Assembly: GCA_002372275.1 (NCBI GenBank)
Contig: DFFP01000009.1
Span: 5,833-69,832 of the forward strand
DNA length: 64,000 bases
Direction of reading: 5' to 3'
Source: Alphaproteobacteria bacterium UBA3773
Lineage (GTDB): Bacteria > Pseudomonadota > Alphaproteobacteria > RF32 > CAG-239
Shown: in pieces, positions 55,759 through 64,000 of the stretch
Layout: every line of letters starts with the position of its first letter
Position numbering within the stretch: the first letter of the stretch is position 1
Notes under the pieces: generated by a model
Told to the model about the DNA's origin: nothing
The model's input: the letters and a program-made list of their open reading frames with translations, nothing else
The model's database searches: none
Program-made: the position numbers and the translations under genes

Positions 55759-56253
55759 ATGAAAAACTTTTTAAATGAATTCAAAAAATTTGCCATGCGC
55801 GGTAATGTGATTGACATGGCCGTCGGTATCATTATCGGTGCCGCTTTCGGTAAAATCGTTAATTCACTCGTAGAAGATGTTTTAATGCCCCCGATCGGAC
55901 TTATTTTGGGTAAAGTTGATTTTTCAAATTTACAGCTGAATTTGTCTGAAGGTGTTGCTATTCGTTACGGTGCATTTATCAATGCTTTAATCAGCTTTTT
56001 GATTGTGGCTTTTGCTGTGTTTTTGCTCATTAAAGCCATTAACACCATGCAAGAAAGATTGGATAAAAAAGAAGCCGCAGCTGAGGCAAAGGCGCCGACA
56101 ACAAAAACATGTCCTTATTGCATGAGTGAAATTGCAATTGCTGCGACACGTTGTCCGCATTGTACATCTGAATTAAAAGATAAAACACAGCTGGCCTCAA
56201 AGGCTGCGCCTGCCACAGCAAAGCGCCGTCCCGGTCGTCCGAAGAAAAAATAA
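55759..56253 (+). CDS. mscL: Large-conductance mechanosensitive channel MscL with a C-terminal Cys4 extension
   Basis: [24 protein letters not shown] is the MscL TM1 signature. The extra C-terminus carries CPYC...CPHC. Confidence 0.85.
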   Translation: MKNFLNEFKKFAMRGNVIDMAVGIIIGAAFGKIVNSLVEDVLMPPIGLILGKVDFSNLQLNLSEGVAIRYGAFINALISFLIVAFAVFLLIKAINTMQERLDKKEAAAEAKAPTTKTCPYCMSEIAIAATRCPHCTSELKDKTQLASKAAPATAKRRPGRPKKK

Positions 56254-56296
56254 ATAAGGTTCAAGCGCCTGTGATCAAACAGGCGTTTTTTTTGCC

Positions 56297-57382
56297 ATGT
56301 TCAAACCGCTGTCCGTTTATTTTCACTGGCCTTATTGCAAGAGCAAATGCCCTTATTGCGACTTTTTTAAAAAAGTCCAAAAAAATGTTGATGAAACAAG
56401 CTTGGTAAAAGAATATATAAGTGAGCTTGAGTATTATCAAAATCTTGTGCCTCAAAGAAAAGTGCAATCAATTTTTTTTGGTGGCGGAACACCCTCGCTG
56501 ATGAACCCTAAAACGGTCGAAAAATTGATTGAAACGGTTTTTTGTCTTTGGAAACCTCAAGAAAATCTCGAAATTACCTTAGAGGCTAATCCGAATTCTG
56601 ACAGGCCTCATTTGTTTTCTGATTTAAAAAATGCGGGGGTGAACAGGTTATCGCTTGGGGTGCAGGCCTTAAATGAAAGTGATTTGAAGTTTTTGGGGCG
56701 GACACATACATTAAAAGAGGCATACAAAAGCATTGATGAGGTGTTAAAAGTTTTTGATAATCACTCCATCGATTTAATTTATTCAAGACCGCATCAAAAG
56801 CTTGAAGATTGGGAAAAAGAACTTCAACAGGCAGTTTCATTTGGTTTTAAGCATCTTTCGCTTTATCAGCTGACTATTGAGGAAGGAACTGTTTTTTTTA
56901 ATAAAGGCGTGCAAGCGCTTGAAGATGAAAAAGCTTCAAAAATGTATCAAACAACGGTTGATTTTTTAAGAGAACATGGTTATCCGCGTTATGAAGTTTC
57001 AAATTTTGCAATGCCTGTTTATGAATCTATACACAATAAATGTTACTGGCAAGGTGATGATTATATCGGAATAGGTGAGAGTGCACATGGCAGATTAAAT
57101 ATAAGTGAGCAAAATTTTGCTTATGTTCATCCGCATATTTCAGAAAAATTAAGCTCTCATGAACGCGCCGAAGAATTGCTGATTATGGGCTTGAGGCTTC
57201 AAAAGGGAATAAATAAAACGCATTTTAAAGAAATTTGCGGCTTGGATTTTGACACTTTCATCGATCAGGAAAAACTTCACACGCTTGTGGCGGAAGGATT
57301 TTTAATCGACAAGCCAAATGTTTTGAGAGCAACCGATCAGGGATTTTTAGTCCTTGATAAGCTCGTTTTGGAACTTTTTTGA
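56297..57382 (+). CDS. hemW: Radical-SAM HemW-type heme chaperone (coproporphyrinogen oxidase-like)
   Basis: YFHWPYCKSKCPYCDF radical-SAM motif plus a HemN_C domain. Confidence 0.8.
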   Translation: MFKPLSVYFHWPYCKSKCPYCDFFKKVQKNVDETSLVKEYISELEYYQNLVPQRKVQSIFFGGGTPSLMNPKTVEKLIETVFCLWKPQENLEITLEANPNSDRPHLFSDLKNAGVNRLSLGVQALNESDLKFLGRTHTLKEAYKSIDEVLKVFDNHSIDLIYSRPHQKLEDWEKELQQAVSFGFKHLSLYQLTIEEGTVFFNKGVQALEDEKASKMYQTTVDFLREHGYPRYEVSNFAMPVYESIHNKCYWQGDDYIGIGESAHGRLNISEQNFAYVHPHISEKLSSHERAEELLIMGLRLQKGINKTHFKEICGLDFDTFIDQEKLHTLVAEGFLIDKPNVLRATDQGFLVLDKLVLELF

Positions 57383-57450
57383 TAAAAAAAACGGTTTTAT
57401 AACTCAAAGACCTGCTTGAAATTATTTTAAAAAAATGTATACTTCTCGGT

Positions 57451-58749
57451 ATGGGACGAAAATTTAATAAATTCTTTCAAGTTTTAATTTCCTTGATCGT
57501 TTTGACGGCGGTTTTGGTGCCGCTCAAAGTTTGGGCCGAAGAAAGCGAAGAAACACCGCCCAAAGAATGGATGGATTTTTTAAGTAATCTCAAAAAAGAT
57601 ATGATTTCAAAAGGTATTTCTGAAAAAACGATCGAAAAAGCTTATGGCAACCGTTCGTATTATCACAAAAAACCTGAGGTTAAAGCGCTTGAACAAATGC
57701 AAGCCGAATTTATTTTAACTTCCACAGATTACATTAACAGAATTGTCACAAAATCAAGGGTTGAACAGGCACGCAAAAAATATAGAAAACTTCAAAAAAA
57801 ATATGGCAAAATTGAAGAAGAATACGGGGTGCCTCTTTCGTATTTAACGGCATTTTGGGCTGTTGAAACCAATTTCGGGCAAAATAAGGGAAAACATCAT
57901 TTAATTGATAGTTTAACAAATTTAAGCTATAAAGGAAGGCGTGCAAAATTTTTCAAAAACGAGCTCTATCACGTTTTGAAAATTATGGATAAATTTGACT
58001 TGTCGCATGAAAAAATCAAAGGCTCATGGGCCGGCGCTATGGGGCATTTTCAATTTATGCCCTCAACATATAACGCTTATGCCAAAGATTATGATGGCGA
58101 CGGGGTGGCTGATATTTGGGATGAGTTTTCAGACGCTTTGGCTTCAGCTGCCAACTATTTAAGCGATTTGAAGTGGAAAAAAGACGAACCTTGGGGACAA
58201 GTCGTTTCTTTGCCGTGGAATTTTGATTATCACCAGACGGGAAGAAATATTAAGAAAACAGTCAAAGAATGGAAAAAAATCGGGGTCACAAAACCGGACG
58301 GCAAACCTTTGGAAGTTGATGATGATTTGAAGGCCTCAATTATTATGCCGGACGGATATAAAGGGCCGACATATATCGTGTTTTCAAATTTTAACCGGAT
58401 TATGATTTGGAACAGATCGGATAATTATGCCTTGGCGATCGGAATTTTGGCAGATTATGTTTCATCTGATCAGCCCTATCAGCCTGTTGCAGGGCCTCAA
58501 AGACACGCTTTAACCAATAAAGATATTGCAGTTGTTCAAAAATTTTCAAATAAGTTTTTCAAAACGAATTTAAAAGTAGATGGAAAATTGGGTCCCAAAA
58601 CAAAAGAGGCCGTTAAAAAAATTCAGAAAAAAGCAAAAATGCCCGAAGACGGTGTGCCGAGTTATAGGTTGTTGCAGCAAATTAAAAATTATAATCCGAA
58701 AACCGGATTTGCCCCGCCGCTTCCGGAAAAAAAGAAAATTTTAAAATAG
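57451..58749 (+). CDS. Lytic murein transglycosylase (MltB family) with a C-terminal peptidoglycan-binding domain
   Basis: Signal peptide. AFWAVETNFGQN catalytic region. PG_binding-like C-terminus. Confidence 0.75.
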   Translation: MGRKFNKFFQVLISLIVLTAVLVPLKVWAEESEETPPKEWMDFLSNLKKDMISKGISEKTIEKAYGNRSYYHKKPEVKALEQMQAEFILTSTDYINRIVTKSRVEQARKKYRKLQKKYGKIEEEYGVPLSYLTAFWAVETNFGQNKGKHHLIDSLTNLSYKGRRAKFFKNELYHVLKIMDKFDLSHEKIKGSWAGAMGHFQFMPSTYNAYAKDYDGDGVADIWDEFSDALASAANYLSDLKWKKDEPWGQVVSLPWNFDYHQTGRNIKKTVKEWKKIGVTKPDGKPLEVDDDLKASIIMPDGYKGPTYIVFSNFNRIMIWNRSDNYALAIGILADYVSSDQPYQPVAGPQRHALTNKDIAVVQKFSNKFFKTNLKVDGKLGPKTKEAVKKIQKKAKMPEDGVPSYRLLQQIKNYNPKTGFAPPLPEKKKILK

Positions 58750-58833
58750 TTGTATAAGCTTGAAATCTTGCTTGATGAAAGCAAAAAAAAAAGATACTCT
58801 CTTTTTGAACTTTAATAACAGAAAACAGTGATA

Positions 58834-59652
58834 ATGAAAAAAAACTTTTTATTCTTATCTTTGAGCCTTGTTTTACTCGGTTGCTCTAATGCCGGAACGC
58901 CCGAGGTCGGCAATTTGTCGCCTAAAGCGCAAGCTGTTGTGATTAAGCAATACGGCGGTGTTTATAAGGTGGGTAATCCCTATCAAATTATGGGGCGTTG
59001 GTATTATCCGAAAGAAGATTATAATTACTCCGAAGTCGGTATGGCCAGCTGGTATGGTGATGATTTTCATGCCAAAAAAACGGCAAATGGTGAAAAGTAT
59101 GATATGAACACTTTAACGGCAGCGCACCGCACCTTACCGCTTCCATCTATTGTGAAAGTGACAAATTTAGAAAACGGAAGGTCGCTTGTGGTGCGGGTCA
59201 ATGACAGAGGTCCGTATGTGAAAGAACGTATCATCGATCTTTCAAAACGTGCGGCAAGTCTGCTCGGCTATCAAACCAAAGGAACGGCAAAAGTTAAAGT
59301 CGAGGTGTTGGAAAAAGAAAGCAAAGCCTTAAAAGCCGCCATGCTCGGCCAGGAATATTCCGCAGGTGTTCTTCAAGCAGATTCCGTTATGCCGTCAAAC
59401 GAGGACCTAAATACGCAATTTTCATTTGATGATTATTTTATACAGGTTGGTTCATTTCGAGAAAAATCTTTGGCAAACAACTTTGAAGCAAAACTTAAAA
59501 AATTCGGACATACAAATGTTGCAAGCGCCGAGGTAAACGGTGCAAAATATTATCGTGTGCGCGTCGGGCCTATTCCAACCAAAGATATTGCCGAAGAAAA
59601 ACTTTCGGAAATTCAATCCAAAGGCTTTCATGATGCCAGAATCGTACATTAA
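58834..59652 (+). CDS. rlpA: Septal ring lytic transglycosylase RlpA (DPBB plus SPOR domains)
   Basis: Lipobox LLGC. MASWYGDDFHAKKTANGEKYD and VRVNDRGPY (DPBB). C-terminal SPOR domain. Confidence 0.85.
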   Translation: MKKNFLFLSLSLVLLGCSNAGTPEVGNLSPKAQAVVIKQYGGVYKVGNPYQIMGRWYYPKEDYNYSEVGMASWYGDDFHAKKTANGEKYDMNTLTAAHRTLPLPSIVKVTNLENGRSLVVRVNDRGPYVKERIIDLSKRAASLLGYQTKGTAKVKVEVLEKESKALKAAMLGQEYSAGVLQADSVMPSNEDLNTQFSFDDYFIQVGSFREKSLANNFEAKLKKFGHTNVASAEVNGAKYYRVRVGPIPTKDIAEEKLSEIQSKGFHDARIVH

Positions 59653-59668
59653 ATAAAGGAGAAAAAAA

Positions 59669-60802
59669 TTGAAGAAAATTTTATTGATTTTGGGAATTTT
59701 GTCGGCGTATGCCGGTATGGCTGAAGCTTTTGAAACAAAGGCAGAAAATGCCATTTTGGTCGATTATGATACAGGCGCTTATATTTTTGCGAAAAATCAT
59801 GATGTGCAATTACCGCCGGCTTCAATGAGCAAACTCATGACCATTTATATTATTTTCGATAAACTTCAAAAAGGCGAGTTGTCGCTTGATGATGAATTTT
59901 TAACAAGCGAAAATGCTTGGCGCAAAGGTGGTGCGGCAAGCGGCGGTTCGACTATGTTTTTAAATATCGGTGAAAAAGTTAAAATAGATGATTTAATCAG
60001 AGGAATTATCATTCAATCGGGAAATGATGCTTGTATTGTGGCAGCGGAAAATATTGCAGGCAGTGAAGAAGATTTTGCAAAGCTTATGAATGAAACGGCC
60101 GAAAAAATAGGGTTGAAAAATTCGATTTTTGCCAATTCAACGGGACTTCCTGATGAAAACCAGAGAATGTCGGCTGAAGATTTGGCAATCCTTGCACATC
60201 GCTTAATCAGTCAGTTTCCGGAGTATTATCATATTTTCAAAGAAAAAGAATTTACACATAACGGCATTAAACAAGGTAACCGCAACCCGCTTTTATATTC
60301 TATGGAAGGGGCAGACGGACTTAAAACAGGACATACGGAAGAAGCCGGTTTTTGTTTAACGGCCTCGGCTGAGCGTGGTGGCCGCCGTTTGATTGAGGTT
60401 TTGGCAGGGCTTTCAAGTAATCAGGAGCGTTCGGAAGAATCTGAAAATTTGATGAGTTACGGCTTCAGGGAATTTGATAATTATCAACTGCTTCAAAAGG
60501 GTGAGGTGGTCGCTTCAGCCTCTGTTTGGTATGGCGTTGAAAATGCAGTTGATTTAGAGGTCAGTCAATCGATTGTTGAAACCCTGAAAAGAAATACGCA
60601 AAAAGGATATACTTATAAAGTTGTTTATGATGAGCCGTTAACAGCGCCTGTTTACAAAGGGCAGGTTGCCGGTTATGTTGCGTTAACTTCGCCTGACGGT
60701 AAAGAAAAAAAGATAAATCTCGTTGCGGCCAAAGATGTGGCAAGAATCGGTTTGGTGCAAAAGTTTTGGAAAAACCTTAAATATTATGTGGGCATAAAAT
60801 AA
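59669..60802 (+). CDS. dacC: D-alanyl-D-alanine carboxypeptidase (PBP5/6 family)
   Basis: SMSKLMT (SxxK), SGN and KTG motifs. Confidence 0.9.
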   Translation: MKKILLILGILSAYAGMAEAFETKAENAILVDYDTGAYIFAKNHDVQLPPASMSKLMTIYIIFDKLQKGELSLDDEFLTSENAWRKGGAASGGSTMFLNIGEKVKIDDLIRGIIIQSGNDACIVAAENIAGSEEDFAKLMNETAEKIGLKNSIFANSTGLPDENQRMSAEDLAILAHRLISQFPEYYHIFKEKEFTHNGIKQGNRNPLLYSMEGADGLKTGHTEEAGFCLTASAERGGRRLIEVLAGLSSNQERSEESENLMSYGFREFDNYQLLQKGEVVASASVWYGVENAVDLEVSQSIVETLKRNTQKGYTYKVVYDEPLTAPVYKGQVAGYVALTSPDGKEKKINLVAAKDVARIGLVQKFWKNLKYYVGIK

Positions 60803-61449
60803 TGAAATTTAAGGCTCCTTTTATTACTTTTGAAGGCGGCGAGGGAAGTGGAAAATCGACACAAATTCAGCTCTTGCAGACTTTTTTAAATCAAAAAGGA
60901 AAAGATGTACTTCTCACCAAAGAACCGGGCGGCACACCGCTCGGCGTTCATTTGAGGCATATCCTTGTTGAGGGAAGTACAGATAAAATGGATGCGAAAA
61001 CAGAAGCGCTTCTCTTTTTTGCAGACCGGCGTGCTCATTTACAAAATAAAATTTGGCCGGCCTTAAAAAGCGGACAATGGGTTTTAAGCGACAGATATGC
61101 CGATTCAACAATGGCTTATCAGTATTATGCTTATAACAGAAGACTTTTCAAAACGGATATTGAGCGGTTATATCGCTTTGTTGCCGGAAATTTTGAGCCG
61201 GATTTGACGCTTATTTTAGATATTGAGCCTTCAATCGGCTTAAAAAGATCTTTTGCTAAAGCAGAACAAATGGAAATTAAAGAAACACGTTTTGAAAATC
61301 ACGTTTTGGAATGGCATCAAAAATTGCGTGAAGGCTATATCAAAATTGCTCAAAATAACCCGAAACGGTGCGTACTCTTAAACGCAAATCAAACAGTTGA
61401 AGATTTAGCAAGTGATATTCAAAAAGTTGTTTTGGAAAGGCTGCTTTAG
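60802..61449 (+). CDS. tmk: Thymidylate kinase
   Basis: FITFEGGEGSGKST P-loop with the DRY motif. Confidence 0.9.
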   Translation: MKFKAPFITFEGGEGSGKSTQIQLLQTFLNQKGKDVLLTKEPGGTPLGVHLRHILVEGSTDKMDAKTEALLFFADRRAHLQNKIWPALKSGQWVLSDRYADSTMAYQYYAYNRRLFKTDIERLYRFVAGNFEPDLTLILDIEPSIGLKRSFAKAEQMEIKETRFENHVLEWHQKLREGYIKIAQNNPKRCVLLNANQTVEDLASDIQKVVLERLL

Positions 61450-62499
61450 ATGGAGATTGAGCCTCGAAATAATCCGTATTTCATCGGCCACGAAAAAGCT
61501 GAAAATGCTTTTTTGGAAGCTTTTTCAAGAGGCGCTCTGCATCATGCCATTTTAATTGACGGCATTGAGGGAATAGGAAAAGCCACTTTTGCGTATCGGA
61601 TTGCACGTTTTTTACTTGATAAAGCCTCTGAAACACAAACATATCATTCACTTGCCGTGTCGCCGACCAGCGCCGCCTTTGTTCAGGTTGCAAGCGGTTC
61701 AAACCCGAATTTTAAGGTTATTGAAAGAGGCTTTACCGAAACGGACACCAAAAAAATTATCAAAGCCATTCAAAACGGCACACCGATGAGCTCAAATGAA
61801 CTGCAGGATTTGAAAAGATCATCGGTGATTAAAATTGATGAAATTCGCGAAATTAATGAGTTTTTGAGTAAAAAATCGTTTGATGGTTCGTGGCGCATTG
61901 TGCTGATTGACAGTGTTGATGATTTAAATGCGGCCTCATCAAATGCGATTTTAAAAATTTTGGAAGAGCCGCCTTTGAAAACGCTTTTGCTTTTGGTTTC
62001 GCATCAGCCGGCAACGTTACTTCCGACTATTCGCTCGCGGTGTATTAAATTTCATTTAGAACCTCTATCTCAAGACGATATTGCTTCACTTTTGCGTCGA
62101 TATATGCCCGAACTGAACCCAAAATCTGTGAATGGTTTGGCTCTCATCAGCGGCGGAAGCATCGGTAAAGCCTTGAAATATGCTTCAAACCATGGTTTGG
62201 AAATGTATGAAAAATTACAGGCTGTGTTTTATAAAGGTGCAAAATACGACTTAAATATTGCACTGGAACTCGCCTCAGAAGTTTCATCAAACGAAGAAGT
62301 GTGGTATTTGATGATTGATTTGATTTTGGAATTTGTTTCAAATTTAGCTCGGAGTGGTTCAAATGCAGAGGAGTTACTTGCTTTGTATGATGAAGTTTCG
62401 GCTGCGGCAAGTGAGGTTGTGCGCCTCAATATGGATAAAAGGCAAGCGCTGATTTGTTTGCTCGATAAAATTGCAAAGGTGACGGAAAATGCTTGTTGA
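61450..62499 (+). CDS. holB: DNA polymerase III delta-prime subunit
   Basis: AAA+ clamp-loader pattern GIGKATFA...EEPP...SRC. Confidence 0.8.
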   Translation: MEIEPRNNPYFIGHEKAENAFLEAFSRGALHHAILIDGIEGIGKATFAYRIARFLLDKASETQTYHSLAVSPTSAAFVQVASGSNPNFKVIERGFTETDTKKIIKAIQNGTPMSSNELQDLKRSSVIKIDEIREINEFLSKKSFDGSWRIVLIDSVDDLNAASSNAILKILEEPPLKTLLLLVSHQPATLLPTIRSRCIKFHLEPLSQDDIASLLRRYMPELNPKSVNGLALISGGSIGKALKYASNHGLEMYEKLQAVFYKGAKYDLNIALELASEVSSNEEVWYLMIDLILEFVSNLARSGSNAEELLALYDEVSAAASEVVRLNMDKRQALICLLDKIAKVTENAC

Positions 62500-63271
62500 C
62501 AGCCATTGTCATTTATCATCGCCTGAATTATATAATGACTTAGAAAATGTGATGGAACGTGCAAAATCAGCCGGCGTTTCGTACATTTTAAATGCGGGTG
62601 GAAAGTTTGACGAACTTGATAAACAGCTCGAAATTTCAGCGCGTTTTGAAAATGTTTGGACTGTGGCGGGCGTACATCCGCATGATAGCTTGGAAGCTCA
62701 AAGTGTGACGGCTGACGATGTTTTGAAAAAAACGCTGCACAAGAAAGTTGTGGCCATCGGAGAATGCGGGCTTGATTATTTTTATGATTTTTCGCCGCGT
62801 GATGTGCAAATCAAAGTGTTCAGAGAAATGATTAAAGCCGCGCAAGAAAGCAAACTTCCTTTGATTGTGCATACAAGAGAAGCAGAATCTGATACGATGG
62901 ACCTCATTTTTGATGCTTATCAAAAAAAGCCGTTTTCAGGTGTGATACATTGTTACAGCTCGTCATATGAGCTGGCCAAAGAGATGCTTTCTGTCGGGTT
63001 TTACATTTCAGCTTCCGGCATGATTACTTTTAAAAATGCCGAAGATTTGCGAGAGTCTTTTAAAAAGGTGCCGCTTGAAAAACTGCTTATTGAAACAGAC
63101 AGTCCTTATTTAGCTCCCGTTCCGATGCGAGGAAAGGTCAATGAACCCTCTTATGTGGTGCACACGGCTGAGGTTCTTTCTCAAATAAAAGGGCTTGAAT
63201 TTCAAAAACTTTCGGCTATAACAACAGAAAACTTTTTTAAGTTGTTTTCAAAGGCAAAGGTTCATGAGTAG
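62489..63271 (+). CDS. tatD: TatD-family metal-dependent hydrolase
   Basis: DSHCHL, GECGLDY and HTREA motifs. Confidence 0.9.
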   Translation: MLVDSHCHLSSPELYNDLENVMERAKSAGVSYILNAGGKFDELDKQLEISARFENVWTVAGVHPHDSLEAQSVTADDVLKKTLHKKVVAIGECGLDYFYDFSPRDVQIKVFREMIKAAQESKLPLIVHTREAESDTMDLIFDAYQKKPFSGVIHCYSSSYELAKEMLSVGFYISASGMITFKNAEDLRESFKKVPLEKLLIETDSPYLAPVPMRGKVNEPSYVVHTAEVLSQIKGLEFQKLSAITTENFFKLFSKAKVHE

Positions 63272-64000
63272 AGTCATCATTACAGGTTCGGGGGCGTCAC
63301 CGGGGGTTCCGTCTGTTTCAAGAGGTTGGGGAGAATGTAACCCGCATAATCCGAAAAATTGTCGCCGACGCACAGGAACATACGTTCAAATCGGTTCGGC
63401 TTCGATTTTGATTGATACATCGCCTGATTTAAGGATGCAGCTTCTTGATAACCAGATCAAATATGTGGATGCAATTTTATATACGCATGCGCATGCCGAT
63501 CATGTCAACGGCATTGATGATGTGCGCGAACTTAATCGCGTCATGGGAAAACCGATTGATTTTTATACCATTAAAGAAAGCATGAGCGAAATTGCAGGGC
63601 GCTTTAATTATTTGGTTGATAGCGGTGATACGGGCGGATATCGTGCCAATTTAATCCCTCATGTTGTGAACTCGGAACACGATTTTTATATCAAAGATGT
63701 CAAAATAGGTGTTTTACCTCTTGAAGGGCATAATGTGCCTTCAACCGGATATATTTTTAATGACGGGCAGTTGGTTTATATCGGAGATTGTCGGGATATA
63801 TCTCAAGCAGCGCTTTTAAAAATTAAGGTTCGGCCGAAATTGATGATTATGCCGCTGACCATTCTTAAATCCGACTGTGTCGAAAAAATTCATATGGGTC
63901 TTGATAAAGTTTTGAAATATGTTAATCTGATTAAACCTGAAAAAACCATTGTCAATCATATGGCTGCCGAATGTGATTATGATAACGTGAACAAATTGAC
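63264..64000 (+). CDS. MBL-fold metallo-hydrolase; the C-terminus lies beyond the window edge
   Basis: YTHAHADHVNGIDD (HxHxDH) motif. The ORF runs off the window end. Confidence 0.7.
   Translation, partial: MSRVIITGSGASPGVPSVSRGWGECNPHNPKNCRRRTGTYVQIGSASILIDTSPDLRMQLLDNQIKYVDAILYTHAHADHVNGIDDVRELNRVMGKPIDFYTIKESMSEIAGRFNYLVDSGDTGGYRANLIPHVVNSEHDFYIKDVKIGVLPLEGHNVPSTGYIFNDGQLVYIGDCRDISQAALLKIKVRPKLMIMPLTILKSDCVEKIHMGLDKVLKYVNLIKPEKTIVNHMAAECDYDNVNKL

Overview
This window reads as a low-GC (about 38%) alphaproteobacterial chromosome, probably Rhizobiales. The conserved gene order trmB, XRE regulator, lnt, ybeY, phoH, miaB and the run dacC, tmk, holB, tatD resemble Bartonella, but I cannot confirm the genus. 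Housekeeping genes flank an accessory stretch from about 5.4 to 24.1 kb. That stretch holds a tRNA-Gly(CCC) gene followed by an approximately 18-kb prophage-like element of podovirus type. The element carries: a CI/LexA-like repressor; small early genes; a putative portal; a GroES-like co-chaperonin; a large terminase (TerL); a scaffold protein; a major capsid protein; a two-copy structured tandem repeat; a MuF-motif/lysozyme fusion; a duplicated moron cassette; a leader-regulated secreted protein; a GNAT acetyltransferase; tail-collar and tail-fibre genes; and a holin with overlapping Rz/Rz1 spanins. I found no integrase, no replication module and no tail-tube or tape-measure genes. Three separate loci (tRNA-Gly, tRNA-Gln and the 5' end of truA) each show a short insertion bracketed by an imperfect direct duplication of the gene end. 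These look like att-site scars of tiny or decayed integrative elements. Two paralogous secreted-protein genes (at 18.4 kb and 31.8 kb) each carry a long leader ending in an intrinsic terminator just upstream of the ribosome-binding site. I take that as an unannotated attenuator- or riboswitch-like cis-regulatory RNA. The rest of the window is core metabolism and cell envelope: yejAB, accA, cspA, a DXS-like transketolase, rpsA, truA, trmB, lnt, ybeY, phoH, miaB, a DnaJ-like protein, a CCA-adding enzyme, mscL, hemW, a lytic transglycosylase, rlpA, dacC, tmk, holB and tatD.
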